In this document: positions 1-10,429 of the stretch, one piece after another | How positions within the stretch are numbered: the first letter of the stretch is position 1 | Layout: the number at the start of each line of letters is the position of its first letter | Assembly (NCBI GenBank): GCA_038146805.1 | Contig: JAYQSH010000007.1 | Location: 32,379 to 96,378, forward strand | Reading direction: 5' to 3' | Source of the DNA: a bacterium | GTDB taxonomy: Bacteria; Cyanobacteriota; Vampirovibrionia; LMEP-6097 | Length of the DNA stretch: 64,000 bases | Position numbers and translations under genes: made by a program | The notes under the pieces: generated by a model | Told to the model about the DNA's origin: nothing | Databases searched by the model: none | The model's input: only the letters and a program-made list of their open reading frames with translations

Positions 1-520
1 TTTTCTTTGAGATTTAGCTTTTGAGCGTTTCTTGCTGATAAAGTAAATGCTGGATTATCAATCGCAAATAAAAATGAATTGTTGATATTAAGGTAGCTAT
101 TAAAATTACTTTTTAGATTAACGATTTGTTTTTCAAGTAGAGTAAAATCTTTTTCTTCTTTTTCTTGTGTAATTTGATCACTTAATTTATAAAGTTTTCT
201 ACTCGCTTTTTCAAGTTCATTAAAGCTAAATCTTTTTTGTTTTCGTCTAAGTTTAAGGCGTTCCTTAAGTCAGGATTTTCAATCAAAAATATATCTTTTT
301 CATTACTTTTTTCTGGAAAAAATAGAGTTTCAAATAGCCATTGATTATGATTTTTTGATCTTCCTGAATATTCTAATAATTTTGTTTTTGAAAAACTATC
401 AAGTGGTTTAATTCTGCCATTATCAGCAATCAAAATTCTCTTAAAGGCATTTAAGTTCTGCGCTTGAGCAACGGTGATTGATAGAAAAAATATCGATATA
501 AAACTAAGGATTTGTCTCAT
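1..520 (-). pseudogene. CcsA-like cytochrome c biogenesis protein, N-terminal part (continues past left edge), apparently frameshifted
   Basis: ORF 182..520 starts with a signal peptide and carries GRIKPLDSF, a motif I associate with CcsA/CcsBA N-termini. It abuts the resB-like gene (shared nt 520). A second frame stays open from about nt 236 to nt 1 (KRFSFNELEKASRKLYKLSDQ...FAIDNPAFTLSARNAQKLNLKE), so the gene looks broken at the T6 run 233-238. Confidence 0.45.
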
Positions 521-1614
521 TAATTAATCCTCTTTTTTCTATAATTTTTAAAAGCAAAAACGAAGTGTATTAGTAAGCCTAAGTTTATTAACAAAGTAGC
601 CCAATAAGGTAATTGGTAATTTAAGTTTTTCACCACTGCAAATGTACTTATTTCGTTGCCATCCATATCTATTAAGTAGCGCGATTGGTACAAAGTGTAC
701 AAACCAACTCTTAGTGGTTTATTCATTGATATTCTAGCTTCTCTTGTTAATTTGCCGTCGTTGACAATAACTTGGCTTGCATAAGATTTTGCGATAAAGC
801 TGTTTGGATACAGTTTTCTTGTTACGTCTATTAATTTTACTGAAAAAGGTAAAGTGCTTTCTTGTCTCTTTAATTCCAAGATGATTATTTGGTCATTAAT
901 ATTTTCTTTCAAGAAACTATTTTCTTCTGCGTCTAAGAAATATTCTTTTTTGTTTATTAATAATTTTATAGCTGGGATATTTTTTTCATTATCTTTTTCA
1001 ACTTTAAATTCTTTTATTAAAGTCCCAGCAAAAGGTGTATGAAAGACTTTTGCATTTTTATAAATCAGTACAAGATTTATATCTATATCTGGTTTTAATC
1101 TAAAGTTTCTTGTTTTTAAATTGTTTAATTTAATTTCTTGGCTATCTATTTTATTTAATTTACTGTCAAAGCTTTTTAGTTCAAAAACCCAATTGTCATA
1201 ACTTTGACTAATGCTTGTTTTTTCTTCTTCTTTAAGGCTCATAAAGCTTTCTTTTGAATAATAAAAATGAAAAAAGCCACTAATAAACAATAAGATTAAA
1301 CCTAAATGTGACATCAAAAGTCCTGTATTGGAAATTTTAAATTTGAATCTAGAGATCATCGAACAGATTAAATTTATTGTTAGCAACCATAAAATTGTTA
1401 GGGTTCCGGGTATAGGTACAACACCTAAAAATGATAAATATGCATCAAAATATTTTTCTCTAGCCTGATATAAACCATTTGCACTTTGTTCGAGGGTGCC
1501 GGCAATGATATTAATCATTAAAAATATTATTAAAAAAACTGCGAGCTTTACTGAGGCTATTGATCTAAAAAGCCTATTGCCATTAAGTATTTTTCTTAAT
1601 TGCGCAAGTTCCAA
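520..1614 (-). CDS. ccsB: cytochrome c biogenesis protein ResB/CcsB family (System II)
   Basis: 364 aa. N-terminal SIASVKLAVFLIIFLMINIIAGTLEQ matches the ResB-type first TM pattern, followed by a large soluble loop and a C-terminal TM. Sits directly upstream of the CcsA-like ORF. Confidence 0.7.
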   Translation of the reverse strand: MELAQLRKILNGNRLFRSIASVKLAVFLIIFLMINIIAGTLEQSANGLYQAREKYFDAYLSFLGVVPIPGTLTILWLLTINLICSMISRFKFKISNTGLLMSHLGLILLFISGFFHFYYSKESFMSLKEEEKTSISQSYDNWVFELKSFDSKLNKIDSQEIKLNNLKTRNFRLKPDIDINLVLIYKNAKVFHTPFAGTLIKEFKVEKDNEKNIPAIKLLINKKEYFLDAEENSFLKENINDQIIILELKRQESTLPFSVKLIDVTRKLYPNSFIAKSYASQVIVNDGKLTREARISMNKPLRVGLYTLYQSRYLIDMDGNEISTFAVVKNLNYQLPYWATLLINLGLLIHFVFAFKNYRKKRIN

Positions 1615-1702
1615 TACTTATATTATGCTTTGCTTTAAATTGTATGGCGCAAATCTACTGTATAATTTAATAGATATCTCATAAATTTGAGAGATTTTAG
1701 TA

Positions 1703-2763
1703 ATGAGCTTCAATTATCTTGGTATTGCAATAAAAAATTTGGTTGATAATCCTATCAAATCACTTAGTTTTTGTGATTCTGAGCAATTACTTCGTGTAAA
1801 AATTTCTCATGATGAGCTTCCCTTTTTATTAGACTCTCTAAAGGAATTAGATTTTATCGATGAAGTTTCGATTGTTTCAACTTGCAATCGTTTTGAAATT
1901 TATTTTTCTCTAATAGGCAATTAAATAATGTTGATGTTTTAAAAATGCAAAACATTATTTTTAAATTCAATAAATCAAATCTAAGCCTTAATTTTTTGTC
2001 TGGGCGTGATGCTGAACTTCATTTTATAAGAACCTATTGTGGTTTAAATAGTGGTTTAGTTTCTGAACATGAGATTGTATTTCAAATTCAGATTGCTTTT
2101 CAGCAATGTCTAAAAATGAATTATCTCTCTACTCGTGCTAAACATCTTTTAGATTTTGCTTCTAGAATTAGAAAAAAACTTGATATTGAAAATATTTTTG
2201 ATGGTGGATTTTCTTATTGCGATGTTGCTATTACTCAATCTCTAAAGAATTTAAATTTGTTTGATTTATCAAAGCTGTCAATTTCTGTTTTAGGTTCTGG
2301 TGGTACTGCTTTAAAAAGTGTTCAGGCTATTTTAAAACTAAATGCTCAAGCTCATAATATCAATATTATTCATAGAATTAGTTCGTCATCTTCTCAGGTA
2401 GATGCTTTTAGAGAACTTGCTGATTTTAATTTTATGAGAGCAAAAAATGGCTACCATGTTGATAGAGTCAAAAATTCTATTTATTCTTCTGACTTAGTTG
2501 TTTTTGGAATAGACTCAAAAAACCCTGTAGTGAATCTTGATAAAAAACTCAAAAATAAAATCCTCGATTTTAATTCAAATTCTTCTTGTACTTTTAGCAT
2601 TGGTTATGATCTAAAAAACTATCGTTCAGCTGCTGATCTAGAGGGTTTAGTTAGAGATTTTAGTGAACGTAATTTAAATAATGAGGGCTTTAAATCAAAA
2701 ATCTTTTTAGCTGAAAACTATATTAAATCACTTACTGCCGATACTTTGATTTCTAAAATTTAG
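1703..2763 (+). pseudogene. hemA: glutamyl-tRNA reductase, interrupted (73 aa + 272 aa ORFs)
   Basis: The first ORF ends ...VSTCNRFEIY (catalytic-Cys STCNR motif). The second has HFIRTYCGLNSGLVSEHEI and a VLGSGGTA Rossmann loop. The second frame is already open from about nt 1882, so one indel in the T5 run 1903-1907 would rejoin them. Shorter and more divergent than typical GluTR. Confidence 0.6.
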
Positions 2764-4574
2764 TTACTTTTATTTTTGATATTTTGAATTTTTCTTGTAT
2801 GTTCTAATTTTCTTTTATAGATTTCCATCCATTCTTTTGAGTTAGGTTCAAGTTTTTTCATATCTATTTTTAAAGTTTCTAATTCCATTTTTAAATTATA
2901 TTCACGAATACGTTTTATTAAATCGTGATAGCGCTCTTGGTATGAATCATCTTTTAATAAACCTTGCTCAAGCAAAAATCCAATATCAGCAATCATATTA
3001 CTGTTTTTAGGATCTAAGTGACTTTTTTCCAGAAGCAAATTATAGCGAGTGTTACAGTCCGTTAATTGTGGATTTTCAAACACAGCATCTATGATTAAAT
3101 TTAAAATTGATTTGGCTTCAAGTGTAACTAACTCAATATTGTCTGATAGAAAATCCTCTAAAAAACTTTTATCCAAGAGAAACAAACTTAAAAGCTCGAC
3201 TTCATTTGTTCTGATACTTTTTTTGTCATTAGTTATTATTGGTTTTTTTTCTGGTTTTATGAGCTCTTGTTCTTGATATGGGTTATTGTTTATTTTAAAA
3301 AACCTTTCTGGGATTTTTAATTTTTCTGCCATTCTTTTTATGTATTCAAATTGCACAATCTCTTTTGGAATTTTGGAAATTATTTCTGATACTTCTTTTG
3401 TTACTTTTTCTTTTTGATAACTATCGTTAATATCAATTGCATTAACTAGTTTATCTAGCTTGTAGTCTATGTAATAGGGAGCAGAGACCAGTAATTTTTC
3501 AAAATCCTCTAAAGAATTTTCTTTTATGTATTCATCTGGATCTTTTTCTCCGGGTACTCTGATCACTCTTAGTTCATAGTCAAATTGTGCAAGTGTTTGT
3601 TCGATCATTTCAGCGGCTGAATCGGTTGCTTTTTCTCCAGCTTGGTCTGTATCAAAACACAAAAAGATTTTTTTATTTAGCGAAAACTTACAAAGTTTTT
3701 TTATTTGGTTTGCTGTTAAAGCAGTTCCTTGATTAGCTACTATATTTTCAAAACCACTTTGCCTGAGGCTAATTACATCAAAAAAACCTTCGACTAAAAC
3801 AACAGAATCTTTTTTACGAATACTTTCTTTAGCTAAATCTAGCCCATATAAATTATTTCCTTTAACATATATTTCTGTTTCTGCTGAGTTTATATATTTG
3901 GGTCCAATTTCATCGTTTAGTGTGCGTGCTCCAAATGCTATAACTCTTGATCTTTCGTCAGAGACTGGAATCATCAATCTTTCTCTAAAGCGATCTATGT
4001 AATCCCCACTGGAAGTTTTATAAGCGAGGCTTGCTTTAACCAAAGTCTCATCGTCTATATTTTCTAGTTTTGCTTTGATGTGTTTTATAAGTTGATTGGC
4101 ATTGTTGTGTTTAGCAATTGCATAACCTAATTTAAATTCTGAAATTATTTTTGTATTTATATTGCGATCTTTTAAATATTTGCGTGCTTTAGCGGCATCT
4201 TGATCTAGCAATAATTTTTGATGATAAAACTCCGCTGCTATTTGATGCAGTTTTATAAAAAGATTTTTTTCTTCTGCTTTTGTTTCGTTAAATTCTTGCA
4301 ATTGCACATCATATTTTGAAGCTAGGTCTTTAAGTGTCTCTTTGAAATCTTTTTGGTAGTATTCAGACCAAAATTTAAAAACATCACCTCCCATTCCACA
4401 TGCAAAACATTTAAAAATTCCCTTGCTCGAACTAATGTGCATTGAAGGCTTTGAATCATTGTGAAAAGGGCAAAGAGCTAGATAAGAAGCCCCTGCTCTT
4501 TTTACTGGAATAGTTTCTGAAATCAATTCAAGTATATCTGCTTTGTCTTTGATTTCTTGTATTGGATCTGCCAT
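2760..4574 (-). CDS. dnaG: DNA primase
   Basis: 604 aa. Zinc-ribbon CPFHNDSKPSM...CFACG, and TOPRIM motifs VEGFFDVISL and FDTDQAGEKA. Confidence 0.9.
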   Translation of the reverse strand: MADPIQEIKDKADILELISETIPVKRAGASYLALCPFHNDSKPSMHISSSKGIFKCFACGMGGDVFKFWSEYYQKDFKETLKDLASKYDVQLQEFNETKAEEKNLFIKLHQIAAEFYHQKLLLDQDAAKARKYLKDRNINTKIISEFKLGYAIAKHNNANQLIKHIKAKLENIDDETLVKASLAYKTSSGDYIDRFRERLMIPVSDERSRVIAFGARTLNDEIGPKYINSAETEIYVKGNNLYGLDLAKESIRKKDSVVLVEGFFDVISLRQSGFENIVANQGTALTANQIKKLCKFSLNKKIFLCFDTDQAGEKATDSAAEMIEQTLAQFDYELRVIRVPGEKDPDEYIKENSLEDFEKLLVSAPYYIDYKLDKLVNAIDINDSYQKEKVTKEVSEIISKIPKEIVQFEYIKRMAEKLKIPERFFKINNNPYQEQELIKPEKKPIITNDKKSIRTNEVELLSLFLLDKSFLEDFLSDNIELVTLEAKSILNLIIDAVFENPQLTDCNTRYNLLLEKSHLDPKNSNMIADIGFLLEQGLLKDDSYQERYHDLIKRIREYNLKMELETLKIDMKKLEPNSKEWMEIYKRKLEHTRKIQNIKNKSN

Positions 4575-4692
4575 CTTTAGAGTATTGATTTTAGCAATAT
4601 TAATCCAAATAACGCCGATAAGCCAATTTTTAAATTGCTAATACATAAAAATCTTTTAATAAAATGCTTTATATTAGTATTAGAGGGTAATA

Positions 4693-4956
4693 ATGGTAAA
4701 CATTTCAAAACAATTAGCTAAAACTAGATCTAAAATTGATTCTTTTCAAGCCAAAGTTGCCGATAAGCACGAGGACTATCAAAAAGCATTACTTTCTGGT
4801 GAAGGTAGTATGAATGAGCTTCGAGACCACCTTTCAAGGTATTATGCCTCTTTAGCTAATCAAAGAATAAACGAAAGAGACTGGGTAAATGAACAACTTG
4901 AAAGCTTAAAGTTAAGAAAAGACCTTTTAGGATTAAGTCAAATTGGAACGGCTTAA
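4693..4956 (+). CDS. hypothetical small coiled-coil protein
   Basis: 87-aa ORF preceded by GAGGGTAATA, followed by a hairpin plus T-tract. No family recognised. Confidence 0.4.
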   Translation: MVNISKQLAKTRSKIDSFQAKVADKHEDYQKALLSGEGSMNELRDHLSRYYASLANQRINERDWVNEQLESLKLRKDLLGLSQIGTA

Positions 4957-4972
4957 GATTTTAGGTGTTCTT

Positions 4973-5002
4973 CTTAACTTAGGTTAAGATTTTTGTTATT
5001 TT
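4973..5002 (+). terminator. putative intrinsic terminator
   Basis: CTTAAC-TTAG-GTTAAG hairpin (4973-4988) followed by ATTTTTGTTATTTT, 17 nt after the stop of the 87-aa ORF. Confidence 0.45.
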
Positions 5003-5032
5003 CTTAATTAAGAGGGGAATAAGGAGTATAAG

Positions 5033-5719
5033 ATGAGTTTAAAGATTTTGTTGGTAGACGATGAGCTTAATTTAGTTGAGCCTATGGCATACACTTTAAA
5101 GCAAAAGGGTTTTGATACTGAAATTGCATTAAATGGTGAACAAGCTATGAATATATATGATTCGGCTGAACCAGATTTGATTTTACTTGATTGGAGTATG
5201 CCTGATTTATCCGGTATTGATGTTTTAAAACGAATACGTGAAAACCAAAATTTTACCCCTGTCATTATGGTTACAGGAAAAAGTGCAAAAGAAGATATCG
5301 TTGAAGGTCTTGAAGCTGGAGCAGATGATTACATCACTAAGCCTTTTAATTGGGAAGAACTTTTAGCTCGTGTCAACTCTGCGATTCGTCGCTCTCAGCA
5401 GGCAAATGCCTCTCATCCAAAAAGAATACGTTACGGTAAAGTTATACTTGATACTAAGACTCATAGAGCTTGGGTAGAAGATAAAGAGTTAAATCTCTCT
5501 CCTCGTGAATATTCAATACTTGAAACTTTTATGCAAAATCCAAAAAGAATTTACTCTCGTGATGAATTAATCGAAAAAGTTTGGGGTTTAGATTTTGATG
5601 GTGATTCAAAAACTGTAGATGTGCATATTTGTTGGTTAAGACAAAAAATTGAAGAAGATCCAAATAAACCTAAGTTCTTACAAACAGTAAGAGGTTTTGG
5701 TTACAGACTGGGTTCATAA
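5033..5719 (+). CDS. OmpR/PhoB-family response regulator (no adjacent histidine kinase)
   Basis: Receiver domain (LVDDE..., DLILLDWSMPDLSG, ...YITKPF) plus a winged-helix output domain (LSPREYSILETF..., VDVHICWLRQKIE, TVRGFGYRL). Confidence 0.85.
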   Translation: MSLKILLVDDELNLVEPMAYTLKQKGFDTEIALNGEQAMNIYDSAEPDLILLDWSMPDLSGIDVLKRIRENQNFTPVIMVTGKSAKEDIVEGLEAGADDYITKPFNWEELLARVNSAIRRSQQANASHPKRIRYGKVILDTKTHRAWVEDKELNLSPREYSILETFMQNPKRIYSRDELIEKVWGLDFDGDSKTVDVHICWLRQKIEEDPNKPKFLQTVRGFGYRLGS

Positions 5720-5780
5720 TTTTTACAATTCATTGTCTGAGCTAATAATTGTTTTTTACTTATAAGCTAAAATTATTTTT

Positions 5781-6514
5781 GTGATTGTTTTAACGAGCAC
5801 AAAAGAAAAAAATGATTCTTTAATTAAAAAGAATCCAGATTTAGCTTTGTTTTCTTTTCCTTGTATTCAATATGCGCCGCCAAGCGATAATTATCAGGCA
5901 CTAGACCAAGCAATTAAAAAAAATCATGAATTTGAATGGGTATTTTTTTTAAGTAAAAAAGCCGCTGAAGTTTTTTTGAAAGGCTTTTAAGTATTGGTGG
6001 TAATTTTTTTAATTTGTCTAATCACTTAAAGTTTGCAGTGATTGGTAACAATACAAAAAGTTTTTTTGAAAATGAATTAAATTTGCCAGTTGATTTCATG
6101 CCAGCAAAAGCTTCTAGTGTAGATTTTGCAAACGAGTTTACTAAACAATTTGCTTTTGACTTTCATTGTAAATTTAAAGTTTTATTAGCTCGCAGTGAGC
6201 TTGCAAGTGATAATTTTAAAGAATTGATTGAGTCAACAAATAATTATGAACTTGTTGAAGTGCCTGCTTATAATACTGTTGAAGTTTTTGAGCATATTGA
6301 TCTGCCTACTAAAATTGATTATATTCTTTTTACTAGTCCAAGTTGTGTTGTAAATTTCTATAAAAAAACAAAGGCAATGGACTTACAAAATATAAAGATT
6401 TTAAGTATCGGTGCTAAGACAAGTCAAAAAATTAATGAGTTATATCCTCATTGTGATATTCAAGTTACAACTGAAGCTAGCCTTGAAGCCATGCTAGAAC
6501 TTATTAGCAATTAA
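5781..6514 (+). pseudogene. hemD: uroporphyrinogen-III synthase, interrupted (69 aa + 166 aa ORFs)
   Basis: HemD-like two-lobe layout (VLTS...FSFPCIQYAPP...; KFAVIGNNTKSFFE...; ILFTSPSCV...ILSIGAKTS). The second frame is open from 5969 (SFFERLLSIGGNFFNLSNHLKFAVIG), so an indel in the T7 run 5971-5977 joins the halves. Confidence 0.6.
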
Positions 6515-6535
6515 CTATTCTGCTAAAATTATATT

Positions 6536-7171
6536 ATGCCTCTAAAAAAGACCAGCTCTAAATCTAGCAATGATAAACAAACAAATTTTTTGTCAATTTC
6601 TCCAGAAGATGCAAAAAAATCTTTGCATGCTTTGATTAAACAAAATTCTATTTATAATCGAGATTCAATTTTGAAATCAGGTAGAATTTCAACAGTTTCT
6701 TTTGATCTTAAAGAAACAATGTTAGGAGCAGAAGGATCTTTTTTGTCAGCAATTTGTTTGTTTGATTTAATAAAATCAAATGTTAAAGCTGTTGGTGGTT
6801 TTATTGATAGTACTTATTCTTTGAGTGTTGCTGTTTCTATGCTTGCTTCAATTAGCGGGCAAGAACTTAATTGTTTTTATGTAAGAGAATTGGGTGATGC
6901 AAAAGTTTATGGTAAGTCAAAAATTATTGATGGTCCTTTAAAAGCTGGTTCTAAAGTTTGTTTGATTCAAGATTTAGTTACAAGCGGTGCAAGTTTGATA
7001 CAAATGATTAGAACACTTAAAGAGCAGATGGGTGTTACTGTTGAACAAGTTGTGTCATTGTTAGATAGAAACGATGGTGCCGTGCGTAAATTCGATGAGT
7101 TGGGTATAGATTATTCTTATGTTTTTTCTGTGAAAGACTTTGTTAAAGAGGAGATTTATTCTAATGTCTAA
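6536..7171 (+). CDS. type I phosphoribosyltransferase, orotate-PRTase-like
   Basis: PRPP-binding loop KVCLIQDLVTSGASL and overall PyrE-like length and layout, but the sequence is divergent. Confidence 0.5.
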   Translation: MPLKKTSSKSSNDKQTNFLSISPEDAKKSLHALIKQNSIYNRDSILKSGRISTVSFDLKETMLGAEGSFLSAICLFDLIKSNVKAVGGFIDSTYSLSVAVSMLASISGQELNCFYVRELGDAKVYGKSKIIDGPLKAGSKVCLIQDLVTSGASLIQMIRTLKEQMGVTVEQVVSLLDRNDGAVRKFDELGIDYSYVFSVKDFVKEEIYSNV

Positions 7172-7964
7172 TAGCTTTGTCAATAAGCTTTCTGCAGACT
7201 ATCATAATCACCCTCAAGCACACAGAACTGATTTACCTTATTCTTTTGATGTTTTAGAACCTTGGGCTTTAAAAGCAAAAGAATTAGGTCTTAAAGATTT
7301 AGCCTTTACTGATCATGATAGGTACAAAGCAGGTTTTTCTTTTACTGAAATTGAAGAATTACAGCAAAGACATCCTGAAATAAATTTTAGAGCGGGAATC
7401 GAAATTGACAATGATCCAGAAACTTCTCAAAGTGGTTTTGCTTGGCTCGAAAAAAACTATGACAAGCTAGATTTTGTTTTAGGTTCAGTGCATTTCGTTG
7501 AGGGCTTTGCTTTTGATCATCCTCATTATATAAAAGAATATGAAAAATACGATATAAATCATCTGTATCGTGAGTATTATAAAAACCTACGTTCAATTGC
7601 AGCGAGTGGTTTTATTGATTCAATGGCTCACCTTGATTTAATCAAGATTTTTAAATTCTTTCCTACCGAAGATATGACTGAAATATATGATGAAACTTTG
7701 TCTGTCATAAAAGAAAATGATTTATCTATTGAAATCAGTACAGCTGGACTAAGAAAACCGATTGCAGAGATTTATCCTGCAAAAGAAATTGTTAAAATGG
7801 CACAAGACAAAGATATTAGTTTTACTATAGCTTCAGATGCTCATAGCTATAAAGATTTAAGTCATAATTACGACAAACTTGCAGATTTTTTAAATGAAAT
7901 GAATATATCTAAAGTTGCAGTTTACGAAAAACATAAAAAAACTTTGATCAACGCTTTTCTATGA
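7164..7964 (+). CDS. PHP-family histidinol-phosphatase (HisJ/HisK type)
   Basis: Metal motifs DYHNH, FTDHD, GSVHF, AHLDL, SDAH. ATG 7164 is preceded by AAGAGGAG and overlaps the upstream stop (ATGTCTAA). The ORF-track start at 7140 is less likely. Confidence 0.65.
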   Translation: MSNSFVNKLSADYHNHPQAHRTDLPYSFDVLEPWALKAKELGLKDLAFTDHDRYKAGFSFTEIEELQQRHPEINFRAGIEIDNDPETSQSGFAWLEKNYDKLDFVLGSVHFVEGFAFDHPHYIKEYEKYDINHLYREYYKNLRSIAASGFIDSMAHLDLIKIFKFFPTEDMTEIYDETLSVIKENDLSIEISTAGLRKPIAEIYPAKEIVKMAQDKDISFTIASDAHSYKDLSHNYDKLADFLNEMNISKVAVYEKHKKTLINAFL

Positions 7965-8722
7965 AAAAAATTATAGTAATTTTTCTTTTGTTTTTTTCTT
8001 GGCATCAAGCTAAGGCTTTTGATGCATCCCCTTTTAATACTCAATCTGCAGAACTATCTCAAGGTGGTTGGTGGACTGTGTATCATGAATTTTTTTATGC
8101 CGGAAGAACAGATTCTCATAACCCTCTCTCGCTTGAATTAAGATACACTTTTTTTGACAAGATTCGTTTTGGTGTTTTAAATTCTTTGAGTTACTATAAT
8201 GATGCTAATAATTCATATCTTGGCTTATCAAATTTTCTTTTGACGACTGAGCTTGAGGTTTATGACTTTGAAAAAAATGATTTTTTAAAATTTGCGAATC
8301 TTGAACTTGTAGATCATGCGAATATCTTTTTTAATCAATTTATTCCAAATTTAGATCATAAAGAATTAGGCTATGAATTTTATAGCTTTAATACTGGTAT
8401 TGAATGGCAAAAACAGCTTTCTAAACAATTTGGTTTTTATAGTGAATTAGGTTATTTTTATATTCCAACTAGTGCTGATTTTGTAACTCATAATTTTTTA
8501 TATAACAATTCACTTTCTTATGAGTTTAATTCTTGGTTACAACCTTATATTGAGCTACTGGGTCTGACTGATTTTAGTACGGGCAATACTTATTTGTATT
8601 TAGCACCAGGTATTTCTATCGATTTTAATGACAATATTTATCTCTATGCAAATCCAATTGTCAATTTAACTGCAAATGATGACACTTGGGGTTTTCAGTT
8701 TGGTGTAACAGGAAATATTTAA
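7961..8722 (+). CDS. putative outer-membrane beta-barrel protein
   Basis: Signal peptide MKKIIVIFLLFFSWHQAKA, alternating aromatic/hydrophilic strands, aromatic-rich C-terminus (WGFQFGVTGNI). ATGA overlap with the upstream gene. Confidence 0.45.
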   Translation: MKKIIVIFLLFFSWHQAKAFDASPFNTQSAELSQGGWWTVYHEFFYAGRTDSHNPLSLELRYTFFDKIRFGVLNSLSYYNDANNSYLGLSNFLLTTELEVYDFEKNDFLKFANLELVDHANIFFNQFIPNLDHKELGYEFYSFNTGIEWQKQLSKQFGFYSELGYFYIPTSADFVTHNFLYNNSLSYEFNSWLQPYIELLGLTDFSTGNTYLYLAPGISIDFNDNIYLYANPIVNLTANDDTWGFQFGVTGNI

Positions 8723-8723
8723 G

Positions 8724-10019
8724 CTAAATTACTCTTTGATAAATTTGGTCGATATTTTTTAACTGTTTATTTGCGCTAAAAGCTTCTTGGAGTTCTTCTT
8801 CGCTAATTAAATCAGTAATTGATTTTGTAGAAAAAATTTCTTTTTTGAAATTACCATCTACTTTGTTCCAAACCTGAAGTGCAATTTTTTGTACAAGATC
8901 GTAAGCGTTTTCTCTTTTCATACCTTTTTCTATGAGCAAGAGTAAAACTTGTTGTGAAAAACAAATACCACCAAATTTATTCAAATTTTCTTTCATGTTT
9001 TCAGGATAAATTGTTAAGCCTGCTAAAATTTCATTGATTTTTTTTGTCATGTAATGAGTGAGTATACAGGCATCTGGCACAACTACCCTTTCTACTGAGC
9101 TATGACTAATATCTCTTTCGTGCCATAGACCAATATTTTCTAAACAGCTTGCAGCGAAGCCTCTAAGCATTCTGGCGAGTCCAGAAATATTTTCAGATCT
9201 CCAAGGATTTCTTTTGTGTGGCATAGCGCTAGAGCCTTTTTGACCTTCATAAAAAGGTTCTTCAAGTTCTAAAACTTCTGTTCTTTGAAGATGTCTAATT
9301 TCGATTGCAATTTTTTCTATTAATGAGCCATAGACAGCAAAATAATTCATTAAGTTGGAAATACGATCTCTACTAATTACTTGTGTACTTATTTTGCAAG
9401 CTTTTAAATTTAATTTTGCACAAGCAATTTCTTCAAGTTCGGGATCGATATTTGCATAGGTACCAACGGCACCAGAAAACATGCCAACTGAAATTTCTTC
9501 AAGTAATTTTAAAAACTGTTCTTGAGATCGTTTTAGATCATAGTAATAGTTTAAAATTTTTAAACCAAAACTTGTAATCTCAGCATGTATACCATGAGAA
9601 CGACCAATACAAGTTGTGTACTTATGCTCTAGTGCAATGTTTTTTAAAGTTGTTAACAATGTTTCTAAAGCTTTTAAGATGACTTCTAAACTTTGTTTAA
9701 GTTGAAGATTTAGTGCAGTATCTTTCACATCTGAGCTTGTTAGTCCTAGATGTATAAATCTTGATTCGTCACCTTTGATTTGTTCTTGTAATGATTTTAA
9801 AAAAGCCAAAATATCGTGGTGAGTTTCTTTTTCAATTTCCTTTATGCGATCAATATCAATTTTTAAAGTATTTTTTAGACTGTTGTAGTCATTTTTTGAA
9901 ATAATTCCTTTTTCTTGGTAGGCTGCTAGAATTGCAAATTCAATATCAAGCCAAATTTGGTAAATATTGTCTTCACTCCAAACTTTACTAATTTCTTCTA
10001 GGCTGTATCTTTCAATCAT
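8724..10019 (-). CDS. purB: adenylosuccinate lyase
   Basis: 431 aa with the fumarate-lyase signature GSSAMPHKRNP. PurB-like N-terminus (MIERYS...) and C-terminus. Confidence 0.9.
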   Translation of the reverse strand: MIERYSLEEISKVWSEDNIYQIWLDIEFAILAAYQEKGIISKNDYNSLKNTLKIDIDRIKEIEKETHHDILAFLKSLQEQIKGDESRFIHLGLTSSDVKDTALNLQLKQSLEVILKALETLLTTLKNIALEHKYTTCIGRSHGIHAEITSFGLKILNYYYDLKRSQEQFLKLLEEISVGMFSGAVGTYANIDPELEEIACAKLNLKACKISTQVISRDRISNLMNYFAVYGSLIEKIAIEIRHLQRTEVLELEEPFYEGQKGSSAMPHKRNPWRSENISGLARMLRGFAASCLENIGLWHERDISHSSVERVVVPDACILTHYMTKKINEILAGLTIYPENMKENLNKFGGICFSQQVLLLLIEKGMKRENAYDLVQKIALQVWNKVDGNFKKEIFSTKSITDLISEEELQEAFSANKQLKNIDQIYQRVI

Positions 10020-10096
10020 CTCAAAGTTAAAATCTTAACCTATATTAGCCAATTTGATGCGAGGAACCTGTATTGACATAATATTAAAAAAATATA

Positions 10097-10429
10097 ATGT
10101 ACAAAGATCTCAATTGTGTTAGAATTGTTAACAATATGTTAAGTCAAGATAAAGTTGAATATTTAGAGTTAATTGAAGGTTTAAAAAACCTAAATTCTGA
10201 GCAAAATATAGGTGATGACACCCAAAAGTGTTTAAATAGTTTAACTCGTTTAAAGCTTGCTAGAAAATTTTCAAAAATTGATGATGAGATTTTTCAGTTG
10301 GCGTTAAAAAAACTTGATTCTGCTCAGACAGATTTTTTTATTGAGTTGTTAAATTTAGAAACTAAAAGGCTCAAATTTAAAGAAGAAATTAGTAAATGTC
10401 CGCAAAAGCAAACAATACTCAACAAATAA
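10097..10429 (+). CDS. hypothetical protein (overlaps next ORF by 34 nt)
   Basis: 110-aa ORF, helical, no family recognised. Could be a separate gene or the N-terminal part of the next gene. Confidence 0.3.
   Translation: MYKDLNCVRIVNNMLSQDKVEYLELIEGLKNLNSEQNIGDDTQKCLNSLTRLKLARKFSKIDDEIFQLALKKLDSAQTDFFIELLNLETKRLKFKEEISKCPQKQTILNK

Noticed and set aside
4615-4628. Calling the CCGATAAG sites sigma-28 (FliA) promoters
   Set aside because: Only the -10-like half matches. No TAAA lies 15 nt upstream at any site. The bare hexamer CCGATA occurs at about the frequency I roughly expect by chance. Some sites lie in gene 3' ends. Kept as a motif finding, not annotated as promoters.
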